In this document: piece after piece, positions 22,700 to 35,900 of the stretch
Layout of the letters: every line of letters begins with the position of its first letter
Position numbering within the stretch: position 1 is the first letter of the stretch
From: Raillietiella orientalis
Taxonomy: Eukaryota
Length of the DNA: 64,000 nucleotides
Reading direction: 5' to 3'
NCBI GenBank assembly: GCA_036172245.1
Contig: JAYWIR010000058.1
Span: 558,001-622,000 of the forward strand
The notes under the pieces: model-generated
Database searches by the model: none
The model's input: only the letters and a program-made list of their open reading frames with translations
Told to the model about the DNA's origin: nothing
Made by a program: the position numbers and the translations under genes

Positions 22700-23482
22700 C
22701 TTCGTGCGCGATGCCTTTCCTGCCGTAAGACTGAAAGACGAGTGAGTTGGTAAACGCTGCCACTCGTTCCCGGGCAAAGGGACACCTCCGATATAGCCAA
22801 CTCCTTGGTGTAGTACCCCGATGGGTTCCTACCTTGTGTATAGAAAATACGGTGCTCCCGCTGAGGTAGAAGCGGGATGTTCTGCTATTTCTGCACTGGA
22901 ATTGCTTTCAGACAAGTTGATCGTTTGGAGCATGAAGTGCAATCAGCACAGACAGTTTCCGGGAGTTGCATCCCCAAACTGTTCAAGTTACGAGATGATG
23001 GAATCGTTTGTACATTTCTTGATTGACTTCAGTTTCCTTGAGGAATTCCAGAGGAGTCGGTCTTTGGCACTCGGCCACCGCAATGGACTTGCTGCAGCGA
23101 TTCTTCACGCAAGGAGGACTTGCGGCAGACGCCATAATCGCAGTGAGATATTGCATCCGTGCCATCGTCTCAGCACGACATGTGATGGAGTCTCGTGTGC
23201 AGTGCGGGGAGACAACACACTGCTTTGATGAAGATGGAAATTTCCAAGAAGTCTCCAGAGAGATCACCAGTATTCAGCGCCAGCTTAGGAGGAAAGGAAT
23301 GCTTGACACCAAAGACTCTTATCCCTACCCCCCTTTTTAAAATTATTTATTGTTCCTCTCTCCCACTCCGAACTTCCTCAAAAGCCGTCGCGGTGGTCAT
23401 TCTCTGTGAACTTTTTTTGCTGTTGTTGCTGCTGTTGTTTTCTGGAAACTCAGTCCCCAGAGCTTATTTATTTTTAAATAAA
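22700..23482 (+). mobile_element. LINE 3' terminal fragment, same family as 3839-4400
   Basis: 'SPNCSSYEMMESFVHFLID...DLLQRFFTQGGL...CIRAI...REITSIQ'. Shares the 'ccaaagac...ccctaccccc' stretch. AATAAA at 23477-23482. Confidence 0.65.
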
Positions 23483-24785
23483 GTCACGGTGTCACCGGCT
23501 TAGAACTCAGCGGTCATGCATCCTTCATGGGCCTCCCCACAGACGCGTGGTGGTAGTCCTTCATCCGTCTGGGGAGGCCGAGGACAGCATTCGCAAGATG
23601 GCAGCGCGATGTTCTGCAAAGGAAAGGTGGAAAAGGCTTGAAAGCGGGAGCCCGAAACTTTTTTGAGGGACTTTACGAGAGCTGTTTCCCTCTTGCGGGC
23701 CCCGGACGAAGTCTTCTGGAATGGTTCCTTGTGCCGACCAGTCCACTCTACCTGTGGTAGAGACACGATCGACCCCAGCGCAATCCAGAAAGCTACTTCC
23801 TCCAACGACGCCGTAGAATCCGTATTTCCCCTTCTAAGGACGGAACATGGGTATATGGCGTCTGTAGCTATCCACTGATGCGCACCAAAAAGAAGTAGCT
23901 CTTGCCGTCGCAATACTCGCGCGACCCGATGAACACGGCAGATCTTCACGAGTCAGCAGCACCAAGAGGCCGGTCCGTTTGCGTTCTTGTTTTAGAACTG
24001 GTGCTATGGTCTCACCTACTTTTCTGCAGTTTCCATTTCTTCTGTCCGCCACGAGATCCGAATCTCTTAAGATTCGGATCCACACTTTTCTTCAGCATCT
24101 TCATCATCTACTTCATCTTGTGGCGATCGATGGCCCGGAGCATTCGGGGTGGGAAGACGCTGATCACCAGATCGGCTAAGGCAGCAGCAGCCTCTGCCAC
24201 TCTGGACAGGAATCATCCTGCTTCCCGAAGGGAGTCCGGTCCACCTTCAGGCAGAGGGAGGCGGTGGTGGATACTCGGTGGCGATGATGCAATGCACGCC
24301 GGAAAGGTTCCAGAGAGGTCCATAGGCGCGTTTCGCGCAGCATCATCCTGGGAGGTCGGACCTCTCGGATAGGAAGAAGGGAAAAGAGGAGTGGTCACGG
24401 TGCGCGGAAGAGGAGAACTGACGAAACTGACACGATGTGAGCGCGGGGGAGGAGAGAACCCGTAACCGTAGGAAAAGTGCTTGCGGCGCGGGAAGCAGCA
24501 GTATGCCGCCACTGCGCGTCCGAGGGACGTGCGGGAGCGGTCGCGTTGCTGCCTCGCGGCCCGCGGAAGGGTTCATTGCTCCGGACGCCACCGCGCGGTA
24601 GCCGGCTCTTTTCCCCGCGCGTTCTCCCCCCCCCCTTCCCCTCCCCTCCGCCTCCGCCGCTGCCGTCATCGTCGTGCCCTCCTGGCTCCGCCGGACTTGC
24701 AAAATCACCCGCCCGCTGGCCACCGGAGACACCACTGCTCGGCGCGCCCTTTCTTTCCGGGCATCGAGATGGTCTTTATCTCATG

Positions 24786-24806
24786 CGCCGCCGCCGCCGC
24801 CGCCGC
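24786..24806. repeat. (CGC)7 microsatellite in a very GC-rich, CpG-rich block
   Basis: Read directly from the sequence. Confidence 0.9.
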
Positions 24807-25249
24807 GAGGAGGCCGCATCTCTTCACGCCCTCGGCGGCGTCTCCCCCGTTCTCCTCCCCCACCTTTCTTCCTCCTCCTGCCGTCGCCGCCCGGCTTCAT
24901 CCAGGTGTTCTCACCGCACCGCCATCCTTTTGCCCACTTGCTTCCTGAGGTTTCGTCCTGCCTGCCCGACTCTCTCCCACTCGCTCGCCCGTCCTCGTCC
25001 ATGCATGCGACGTCCACTGCGGTCTCCGCGTGACGTCGACCGAAAACGCGGGGACAACGGTGAAGCTGCCCAGATCGATGCGGACTGCTCCTGACTACCG
25101 CCATCATGGGCGTGGTCGCACGCGCAGCCGTCCCATGCCCACGCCCACCCCTCACACTGGTTCACGGCGAGTGCCAGGGAGGCTGAGGTTAGGGGAGGAG
25201 AGGAAACCTCGGACATTCTGGACCTCCTCGTAGCCTTCCGCGGGCGGCG

Positions 25250-25700
25250 GACCAGAGATGGCCCTGTTCTCTCTCCGGGAAGGAGGGGGAGGAGAAAGAG
25301 GGATACTCAGAACCGCTTCTGGTGATCGGAGGGACGTTGGTGTGCGTGCACCCGAAGATGAGTCAGGATTCTTCGAATGGAGCACCCTAGACTATGCTGC
25401 TGGGCTATGCCTCGATGCCCAAGACAGGTCCCCGCTGCCCATGGGCCACTGAAGATGGGGAGTCTTCGGTCCGCGGGACAGCAGCAGTATGCCTCTGCCG
25501 GCGAAACTTTCACTCCCGTTACCTGGAAACCGTCCTCCGTCAGAGAAGAGAAGGAGAATGCATAGAGAGGGACGAGGTGTTGCCGAAGCGTCCCTCCTTG
25601 CGTAGGAGACAACCCTGCCTTCCCCTTCGTGGGTCAGACCGCGATCTCACTGCAGACATCCCGTGAGCGACCTCACGGCTTTCTCGGCAACACTGACTGG
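25250..25700 (+). mobile_element. Possible decayed RT fragment
   Basis: 'LCLDAQD' and 'LRRRQPCLPL' resemble the LD..KAFD and RQGCPL motifs in the correct order. Weak. Confidence 0.3.
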
Positions 25701-28700
25701 TGAGACGATCAGGAGGCGGGAAAAGCCTCAGTTCCGCCGGGAGATCGAGAGCCAGACAAGGTCTTCCCACTGAATTCCGCCTTGCACCAGGGACGTCGTC
25801 GTGAACTGAGAAAAGCACAATTCCAAATACCCCTCCATTTCTCACGCTCCTCTTCACCAATCCTTACGTGTCCGAGAGTGCCAGACGACGCAGGATGCCG
25901 CACAGCGCCGGAAATGAATTCTTTTTCTCTTCGGCTGTTTTTGTGGGGTCTTTGTCCCCTCCGCGCCGCTGAAATGACGCCCCCTCGCACCCGTTCTTGG
26001 GACAGCGACGGCGTGGCTGAAGTAGTTTCTCTCCTGTCTTTTGTGGACTCGAGCCAGGCTCGAGCACCAGGTTTGGAGCACAAGCTCGGCCTGCGGGAGC
26101 TGGGCAAGGTAGGGATACGTGAGCGCACAGCAGCACAGCCTCCCGACCGCACGAGCTCGAGCGGGATATACCCTGAGGAAAGATGTGCGCGCACAAGCGG
26201 AGACTGAGCTCGCACTCTCTCGGCTGACATCAACACGAAAACTGCAAAGCGGCAGCGCTGAGCGTGACCGAACGCACTTCCGCCGACGTTGTCCGGGTTA
26301 ATTACGATCTCGACGACGACGGGGCGAAAAATGAACGTCACGGGGATGTCTGCCTGATGAGGAAGATCCGCTCCGGTTACTCGGGCAACATGGAAAGCGG
26401 AGGAGGGCAACCAGGGGGAGGAGGAGGAGGCGGAGGGGGAGGGAAGAGCAGGGAGGGTAGCGATTTTCCGGAACGAACGAGGCGAGGTATCTTTCACATC
26501 TCGTAGCCGCACGTGGTATCCGGATCCACGCGGGTGACCTGCTCGAACCCGAGGCAGCTGCGATGGGATCGTGAGGAGCAACGCAGTGCAGCACGTCTTT
26601 CTCACCCGGCCTTCCTCCATGCGAGGCGCCGCTACGCCGCATCATACAACAAAGGACTGTTATCTCTCCCCTTCTCCTCCCTCCGGTTGCCGTGTCGCTC
26701 TTGGAGACAAGAAAACGCCTCCTGCCCTTCCAGAGCTGATTGTTGGGTCGCAGAAGCGAATAACGTGCTGTCTCTCTCTAACTGTCCTTTGCCCTCCCCT
26801 TTTCTACCCTGGGAGTGCAAAAGCAACGTTTGCATCTCTGTGCGCCCGCACGGGTTCTGTTCTCCTCTTGCCCCACCCCTCGCTCTCATCCCATTGAACA
26901 AAATGCGACGGCGACCGGGCTCAACGCCTCATGCCATGCGGCGGCTTGCGCACCACCCACGGTTAAGTTTGCTCCCTGTGAGCTCGCGAATTCCTCTTCA
27001 CTAATGTTCCCTCCTGCCTCCATGGGGCCCTGATGGGCCGGATATGAAAGGCTCTTTTCCCGACCGCCGTCGCATTTTGTTCCGCCGACGCTGCGTTCTC
27101 CTCTCACCCGACTGGAATTGATTAGAGCCGAGATGATGGATCATCCAATTATTGCATGATCCAGTGAGCTCAGTCCAAATTAGAATGAAAGGAAGCACGG
27201 AGCGGCCCGGTCTAAAGAAGGAAAAGGAAAAACAGTATCATTTCGTTTTCAACCTTCGGAAACGAAATGGAGCCATGGAAGATTTTGTAATCTTGGATAC
27301 TTGTAGCACCGGGAGGATGTAGGGTCCTCCAATAATGCGCGATTTACGATTCCATTTCCAGTTTTTTGAACACAGGAGAGAATAGATAAGCAACAGGGAG
27401 AAGGAAGCGGGGGAAGATCGAGCTGATATTTACGCATGCGAATAAATCTCCGCTCGCTTCTCGTCAATAAACATCTGATTTACGAAGTGATTTCTTCGCG
27501 TTTGTTCTTTCCCTTTCGTTGTTGATCTTTTTTTCTCGTTGCAAAATGTTTTCCTTTTGCCCTCCCCCCTTTTCGAGACAACGAACGCATGAGCGTCTTC
27601 CCTTTGCCACGAGTGACGCAATAAGTAGCGAAAGGGAGTGATCCATTGTTGCGTGTTGAGGCATTACGCTGCGGGTCACCTCCGATCGTAGCTCTCCAGC
27701 CAGAGCAAGATACAGGCTCATTGTTTCAGGTGTTTCCTTGCTATGGGGGTGTGGATGCACAGGAAGACTGCCTCAAGAAGAGAAGTTAGATTCTGGGTTC
27801 GCTGCCTGGAAAATGCCCTGGATTCTTCGCGGAAGTCTCTCGCTGTCCTAGTGCAGCGCACTTTAAGCGCTGCGCGACCGCGGAGGCCCACGTCCGCAGC
27901 GGACTGAGCGCTCGCCTCGTGTTATCCCACGACGAGGACGAAGCGCGCGCGCGGGGAGGGGGGTGCACAGAGCTTCAGAATGCCCCCACCGTGTCAGAGG
28001 AGCGCGCACATCGCCGGCATCACCGCGCTGGGCGGCGCGGGGATGCGCGCTCGCCTTTGCGGGTGGTGGGGATCGCCGTTACGGATATTTCGGGATCGCA
28101 ACCCCCGCAGGGCAGAAGAAGAAAAGTGTGTCTTGAAAAAATGAGCCCGGGGTAGCCACTGACACGTTTCACCGGCCGCACTGCGAGCGAAACGGGGCGA
28201 CCTCCTCCTAGGAGAGTGCCCTCGGCCGCCGTGATTGATAGGCGGGCAAGCGGGGAAGGGGGGGGGAGGGGGCACGCGACGACACAACGCGTCCCCGCTG
28301 ATTTCTTGTGAACGTGCTTGTTCTCTCCCTCCTCCCCCTCTAGTGTGACGACGAAGGGCAGGGGAAGAGGCGGAGTGTAGGGAGGGTGATGGGGTGACTC
28401 CAGTCAGTGGTCTGAGAGCGCCTTCCCCTCCTCCTCGCACGAGTTCCCGTTTAGCCTCTCCAGCGAAAAGAAGGGAGTGAAGGGGGAAGGGGAGTTCCTG
28501 ATCACGGCCGCCCCTTCTCTTGCTAGGTAGTGAGGGTATAAGAGGGGGAGGGGGAAGGGCTGAGAGATGGATGAAGAAAAAGAAGGGAGAAACGGACGAG
28601 AATCCGGGGCTGATGCTTCAGGACGTTCGTCCGTCCGTGCCGTGTCCCCCCCCCCCCGCTCTCGCTCCTCTCCAAGTCGCCAGTGAAAGGCGAGGAGCCT

Positions 28701-31599
28701 CTCCGTCCGGCAGTAGCGCGAGGGGGGGGGCGGGCTTCTCCCCCCCGCTCGCTCCACATTCAGTCGCCTCGGGAAGTTCTCAAGGCAGTCCAAGCAACCC
28801 CGCGCAGGGACTCACCCTAGTCACCAAGGTGACCGCTCTCGAGTCTCTGCGCCGCGCCCGGTATCCACAGCTACGCGAACGCTCGCGGAAGCTCTTCGTT
28901 CAACCGCCTCTGCTGCCTCTCCTTCCCTCGAGAGCAACCGATCGCGTGGGAGGCGAGGGAGGAGGACGGGAAGAATCCTTGTCCCCACCTTCACTCCCAT
29001 CCCACCACTCTTGACGCCGGAAATCATCTTGATCCGCTTCCTTCCCCTTCACCTCGCTTACCTTTCCATTCCCGTTTGAGCCCACCCTTCTCCCTGGTCC
29101 TCCTCCTCCCTCCCTCCCGGCGCGGGACCAGGGCTCCTCGCCTAGAGGCAACAGGTAGGAAGATCGCGGCCTGACTCCTTCCTGATACCCCTGAACTTTC
29201 CCTCGTGAATCATCAGCCGACGCGCTCCCGTCCCCGTCCCGAGCCAACCTCTGCTCGGAAGAGGGGCACCCCAAGGTCAGAGACGAAGGACCAATGCCCC
29301 CCTGGACCGTCCTGCTGCCGGGCTCGCCTTCTCCCTTTCCTCTTTTCCTCCCCACACCGGGTCACGACTCCCTGCAAGTCGAGAGAAGTCCTTCCCCTGA
29401 ATAGATTCTCGAGGCTCCGAACCTTCGGCTCCTCCGTCCAAGGGGCTTGGTTCGCCGGTGCTCTGAGTGAGACCCCACGGGGACCATTCCACAGGAATCT
29501 GGGAGCTTCCGGGAGACCCTCCTTTCCAGATCTCATCGCGCGTGATCCCTGTCCCTTCCTGGATCTGCTCTGGACCGAGGCGCCCCTCGGCTGAAGCCCT
29601 GGGAGCAGGAGGACGGTCTCGGTCTGGGTCCTCGCGCTAAGTCTGGGTGGTTCCTGCTCGTGCTTCTTCCCTATGCAGGAATCAAAGGGGAACCTGACGG
29701 CTCTCTTGCTCGCCCATTTCCGTCCTTCTCTCCCTTGGGTCCGCTTCATCTATCTCTTTCTGCACCTCCGCCAGGATGTCGCCCATCCTCGCCCTTCCCC
29801 TGGAAGGTGGTCAGCTGCCCCTCGGGCGCCGCGAACAAGCTCGGGAGGATAGGGGGAGCGGTTCTCGGCTACCTGATCCTCTCGCTTTCCCATCCTTGGA
29901 AGTTGAGGGAGGTCCTCCCCTCTGGCCCAGGTGCGGCGGTGTTGGGGAAGGAAGATGAGCGACCATGTCGAACCCGGTACATCTCTCGCCGGTCGGACCC
30001 AAGAGGGGACGGGAAGGGAACGAGGTCAGTCCGGAGGACCATCCAGACCTCGTTGCAGCCTCATCCCCTCCAGGACGAGGTCGAGGCTGTAGCGGCGCTC
30101 ACCCTGCTTTTAGAGCGGGACTTCGTCTTCCCCTTTCTCCTTCTCAAGGACCGTCGTTTCTGCCGTCTTGGCAGGAGAGGAGGTGAGGGACCTCGCCATG
30201 GGACCAAAGGGACTGTGCCCCATGGACCCTTCTTCCGGATGGCCTGGTCTGGTGAGCCTGCAAGCGAGGGATGGAGGAGGTCCTGTCCATCGAGTCTCCC
30301 GCCTCCTCTGGCTCGGTGACCCTCCTCATGTTGCTTGTCGCTCTCAGCTGTTCCTCCTTCCACAAAGATCTCCAGAGCACTTCGTTGCTTGTGCCGAAGG
30401 GACCGTTCCCTTCCTCTTGCCGAAGGGTATTGGGAAGGAAGAAGAGCCTCCGTTCCTCCGCGAGCAGCACGGAAGTGGAAGGGACCGCAAAGACGACTCG
30501 CCTCTCGACCAGCGCCGGCGGCATCTCTCGACTTCTCCCGTTCTGTCGCTGGCGCAGTGGCGTCATGGGGAGATGACTCTCCTGCATGAATGGTGCCCTT
30601 CTGGGAGCCAGCAGGAACTCTCGACTTCTGTTGCCATGGACGCCGAGCTCGCGAGGAGGGAACCTCGCTGACCCTCCCGAGTGATGCTTCTGATCTCCAT
30701 GCAATGCCAATCTCTTCCCCTCCCCCATCCTACGGGAACTGTCAGGAGCTGTCAACATGGAGTGCCGGTCCAGTCCTCCCTTCACTCTGTGACGCTTCCT
30801 TCGTCTTCTCCCAAAGGACACCCCATTCGAACCTCCTGGGCATCGAAACGAAACCGCCTGATCCCCTTAGGGAACGAGAACCTCAGCGGAAAGGAGGAGG
30901 AATGGTGGGAGGAAGGGAGACTGGCATGGCCTTCCTCATGCTAATCATCTCTTTTCCCTCTCCATCCTCTTGACTGATAAACTTCCAGCTGTTTTGACGA
31001 GGAGCTGCTCGCCGAGGCACTCCTTTGGTAGGGCCCTCCTTGCGAGGTCATGCTGCTGGATCTTTCCTCAAATAGCTCTCGGGGAGGTGTGGAGTCCTCT
31101 CTCTGCCCCATAGACACCCCAGAGAGGTTGACTGCTCAGAGCATAGTGGGTGGGTGATCTGTCCAACGGAGATCACCGTAGACGTGTAGAGTTAGTCGCA
31201 TTGGTGGTCGAGCTGTACAGGTTTGTCAGTGCTCACTCGCTCTAGTTGAAGGCAATTTTCTACTTACTTTCCAAGATGTTCAGTGAGTTAGCGGGAGGCG
31301 GGAAGAGAGCTGGCTGACCGGGTCAGCCACCTTTCGTGCACTCTGGAGACGGAATCATCGATGTGCGATATGTTGGAGTTCTGTAGGTTTTTCAAGTCTT
31401 CGGGGCACCTGAAGAAGATCCGCTATATCCTCTGTACTTGTAAGCTGTATAAGGCTGAGCCAGTGGCAACGGGCACGTGAGGGTCTCACTTCCAGGATAC
31501 GAGAGAAAAGGAGGCTGACTCTCCCCTCTCGCAGCCTTCTTCATCAGAGGGAGCAGGACGCATCTCTAGCACGGCTCAATAGACTAGTGCTTTAACAGA

Positions 31600-34050
31600 T
31601 AACGCTCTTGAGTGAGCATTTCCTCCCAAAACAGGAGAGGGGAACGTCCAGCAGAAAGAACTCCCGAACCCCTCAGGAAATGACTCCGCTAAGGGAGTGG
31701 AGGTACTCACGGCGGAAGTCACGATGGCGGTGGTCAAGAATAAACGAAGTATATACACGAAAATGGACAGTGAAGACATATGGTGCTACTGTGGCGGCTG
31801 AAACCGCAGCCTCTGCCGGTTCTAGGAAGGACGCGAAATTTCCTTCCTTCCCAGGAATAACCGGAGCATTCGTCTCTTCTCGTGCACTCCGCGTGCCCGT
31901 ATGGAATGTTAACGATTTCGCGCAGGATGCCGAGAGGCGTGAGATCGCTGAATCCATCAGGTGTGATCTTGCACTTCTGCAGGAGATAAGCAGAGTCTCT
32001 GCGCGAGTGATCAACGAGATCGAGAGCTGCGGAGGAACGCTAAACACAAATGCGGGTGCGCACACTTGCGAGGCCCCATTTCCCCTTGAACTGAGCAAAG
32101 GGCAAGCGCTGCGGGGTGTGGGTTTCGATGAGGGAGGTCGCGTAGGCCAGCGTGTGCTTTCCAATGGTCCGATTGCATCGACCTCGAGTTGTAACGAGGT
32201 CTTCCAATTCTACCGCAAGAGGGTGGAGTTGCCTGAGTTACTCAAACGGAACTGGCTGCATGCAGCGTACTCAGGGACATCTCACGTCATAGTAGGGGTT
32301 TCAACGTATGTCTGCTCTCAGAGGATGCACGCTTCCAGGAACTGCGCTCCAAAACGAAGGGCTCTGTGGAGCGACGCGCACCACGACCTTGTTGAACGAC
32401 GAATTCGAATCCATCAATCACGTGTTCCTGGATGTTCACCTGTGTTCGTGGGTGGGTGGGTTAGCAAGGACAAATATGGTCTAACTAGTCGGATGACTCC
32501 AGGATCGAATTGGAGCTGGTTCCACCCAAGAGGGACTCCAAAATAAAGATCTGGAGGATGACTGAGGTATGGATCAGCCACCAAGTACTGCCAGGAAGTA
32601 CGAACTGCGAACCTTCCTGGAGGGTGGTTCCATCCGCCGAGTCTTACTCTGCGGATGGAACTGCCTTCTATCCCAGTCTCTTAGACTAGAATCTCACTGA
32701 AGATTCCTTATGCCTGTGTGATGTGCCCTCTTTTGTGAGTGATATCCTCTGCAGCTTCTACCGGCGGGCTTTGCTGAAGGACAGGAGCACAGGAGCATGC
32801 TTCCAAGCCCACACTTTTGGCAGACAGCCTGATGTCAGGCGCCTAGTGGAATGTACTTCGTTGGAATAGAAGCAAACCTGGCAATAGGGCACGGCAAACC
32901 TCCTGAACCCCGAAGGTCAGCTGTGAACCTCGCCGAGGCAGGTAAGCTGCATAGTGAGGCAACATTAATCCCAACTCCTTGCAGTTCTCGTCAGGAGGTA
33001 TCCTCACGTACATCTTCAGACGAGAACTGCACCACACATTTCCTCGAGGAGACCATGTACAGACTGTCGGATAAGGCTCTCAGACTGTCTGGTGAGTCCT
33101 TCAAGATCGGCTAAAGCGTGGCCGCTATCGGAGAACTCGAAAGCAAACTGTTCCGGGTGCGGAAGGACTGCTTCCGGAATTTTACGAACTCTTTGTGGCA
33201 GAACTGTACAATTGGTGCATCAACTAGCACTGCTGGTCCGGAAGACAGACAAAATGCCTCCTTCCTTCACATCAGCTAGGGTACTTTTTTTCTCAAAAAA
33301 GGAGTTCCGTGCGGTCTGAACAGCTGGCATCCCATCACACTCGAAAACGCAGACGTGAAGCTGCTCTCCAAGGTGTGGTGGGAGAAAACATCACAAATGA
33401 AAGAATCCGGAGTCAGCCCGAAACAGGGCCTGCCGGCCCCAGGCCGAACCATGGATGGCAAGCTGCTCTACGTCCACTCCAGGTTCAGATCGTAGAAAGA
33501 AGAAACCATAGCCGTTTCTAAAAAGAAAGGTACTGAAGAGTACCGGCATCAAATTGTCACCCTGCCGAATTCCCTTTGGAGAGAAGGCCACAGAAAAAGA
33601 TTGAAATCGCCTTGCGCTACAGGGAGCTCAGGGAGCGGAGAAGCCGACTGTTCTAGTAGTTTCAGGAGTACCTGATCGACACAGCCCTTTCTCAGGTCAG
33701 CTGCGATAATCAACGCTCTTCTCTCGGGTGGGATCCCGCGTGAGCCTTCCACTCAACTCGCACTCTTTTTAGAAACGGCCGTGGCTTCTTCTTGGTCTGC
33801 CTCCTGGAGCAGTAATGCTAGTTTATGCACGAATGGTACAGTTCTGCACTTCTAATTGTTTCTGAACGCGTACCGACACAATCTATCCTGCTTCCTGTCC
33901 TACCCCAATGACACGCCTGATGTGGCGGTCTACGCTGACGAATTGCTCTTCCTGTTGCCAATGCAGATCCCAGAAAATGAAGAGCGCTCTCTGAGTTTAT
34001 CCGCAGAGATGCTGACGTCCAGACCAACAGGCAGAAGTCGGAAATAGTGG
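31600..34050 (+). mobile_element. Best-preserved LINE ORF2 remnant (L1/Tx1-like): APE endonuclease and RT, with an internal inversion
   Basis: Plus strand: 'VWNVNDF...CDLALLQE' (31902-31985), 'KKG...NSWHPITLENADVKLLSKV' (33295-33375), 'KQGLPAPGRTMDG' (about 33420-33460) and 'VAVYADE' (YADE at 33931-33942). The intervening 'ADLRK..VDQV' and 'GIRQGDNLMPVLF' are on the minus strand (33698-33535). Confidence 0.82.
33497..33793. repeat. 30-bp inverted repeat (27/30) bounding the inverted RT segment
   Basis: 33497-33526 AAGAAGAAACCATAGCCGTTTCTAAAAAGA vs 33764-33793 TCTTTTTAGAAACGGCCGTGGCTTCTTCTT. Weaker similarity extends to about 33477 and 33809. Confidence 0.9.
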
Positions 34051-34099
34051 CTTTTGGTTCATCTCCGGATGCGGACCGGTACTCTTTGGGAACCGTGAG

Positions 34100-34900
34100 T
34101 GGATCTCTTAGTTACTTGAGAATTCTTATGGTTCGTTCTTCCCGAGAGAAGACTGATCCATCTGTTTGGAGAAGATACAACGATCCCTGTTCCACTTTCA
34201 GGCTCTTCTCCTAATGATCTGCTCCCTGTATCTTGCCTTCGGCCTGCTTCCGCATGTTGGAGTCCGAAGGGAATTATTGCTGCTCGACAGCGTTGAACTG
34301 GCGAAGAGAGATCATATTCCTCGCTCTCGTCTTTCGGTCTCCCTTTGTTATTTCCCTGGAGACGGGTGGGCACGCCGTAGAGTAGGCGGTTGAATGCCCT
34401 GTGGAGCCCCGCCAAATCCTTGGTGCGACTGAAGGACTTAGCTGAGAGAGGGCTCAATCCTGGACAGAGAGCACCGCTGTATAGAAGAAGGTGGCGAATT
34501 GACTCTTCCAGCCCACACCTCATGCAGCTCAGCGAAACCACCCCTATCCTGGCCAAGTGATGACGCCGATGCCTGTTGCACACGCGACTCGGTGAAGAAA
34601 CAGATCCATCATCTGCTGAGTGCTCCCAAGAGGCATTCGAAGGGTCTTTTCCGGATCCGGTGGAGAGCGACATCAGAAGGGAGGAAAAGAAGGAACAGGA
34701 AAAAAACAACCTCCTCTCACTTCTCAGAACCCCCTCCCCTCCCTCCCTTCTGCATCGACGGCGGAAGGTGGCGGAAAACTTTCTCTTCCGAGGCCAAAAA
34801 CTCATGGACATCTTGACAGCCGTGGAGGACCTCTCATTTTCGCAACCATGGGAGCCACCGGGATTCCGGATCGCTCAACGCGTCCCCCCAAGTCGAGGCT
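34100..34900 (-). mobile_element. LINE C-terminal fragment with zinc-knuckle remnant
   Basis: 'RHHLARIGVVSLSCMRCGLEESIRHLLLYS' (CxxC..E.IxHLL motif), plus 'WISLLSGR' nearer 34140. Confidence 0.6.
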
Positions 34901-35449
34901 GCTGCCTTCCAGCCTCTCGCGCTGCCAACCATTCCACAAGAGCTGACGGCCTCTAGCGCCATGAGAGACGTCGTAGAAAATTGAAAGATCCTCCTTTCCT
35001 TCCTATGGAAGGAAAGGAGGATCTTCGGGTAGGTGAAAGGAAATCTGACTGACACGGGTGATCCTGGCAGGAATCTCGTGTGGAGAAGGATTCCTGATGG
35101 ACCAGCCATCCGTGTTCACCTCACCCGCCCTCCTCCGAGGAGAACCGGACACACTGGAGTCTTCTTTGAGCCATTCTGGAACATTCTTGAGCCTTCCTTT
35201 TTGCCCAGAGGCACCAGCCTCTTTCTCTGAGGTACAGGGAAGCTCCTCAACCTCCAGAGGTGGGGCTGTGGGTGCATCAACTCTAGCTGATGCAGCCGCC
35301 ACCACCCTCCGATGCCTTCGTCCTTTACGGGCTTTGCTGCTTCTCTGGTGGAACTCCTGTGTGCCAGATCTCTCAGGAAGACCCTTTCCAGTGCTCGATC
35401 GCCCCTCCAGGAATGAATTCCTCGGTTCCTCTGTTTTTAGAGGTAGGAA

Positions 35450-35900
35450 TGGAGCAGGGGGAGAAAATGGGTGGGGCGACAGTCGCTGGGAGGAACGCAT
35501 TTACTGAAAACTGTCGCGGGTTCCTTGGATGTGGTGAAGGTGGATCTGCATTACCCTCGTGTCCTCTCCCGTTTCTATTCCGTAGCATTTCTGAGACAGG
35601 GATCGCACGTCCTTCCTCTCAGAGGAGCGGTAGACACGAAGATCGAACGAGCCTAGGTCCGAGCTTCCCTCTCCCTAGAGGGGGCGAAATGCTATTACCG
35701 AGAGAACTCACAGTAACTCCTTTATTTTTTCTCGCTCCTCCTAATGATCTGCTTCCCTGGAGCTTCTGAACGTTTTTAGGGCGCGTGTTTCTAAAGGAGC
35801 ATCTAGAGGAAAGAGTAAGCGAGACCGAGAAAAGATATCGGAGCACAGAGGGGTTCCCAGGAAGTTGCTACGGCTACTGCCTCCCTGGAGTCTTGCCTTC
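35450..35900 (+). mobile_element. Decayed RT fragment
   Basis: 'SLDVVK' followed by 'LRQGSHVLP' in the 35471-35656 ORF. Confidence 0.35.

Noticed and set aside
25709..26620. 303-aa minus-strand ORF
   Set aside because: Ser/Pro/Arg-rich with no motif, in GC-rich DNA where long stop-free frames are expected.
27270..27380. 'SRIIGG' on the minus strand, resembling a serine-protease activation site
   Set aside because: No following PW/LxL segment or catalytic motifs, and no convincing exon boundaries.
31608..32546. 312-aa ORF as an intact or domesticated endonuclease
   Set aside because: It starts at GTG, only the first APE motifs are in frame, and the GDFN and SDH motifs are missing, so it is treated as TE decay.
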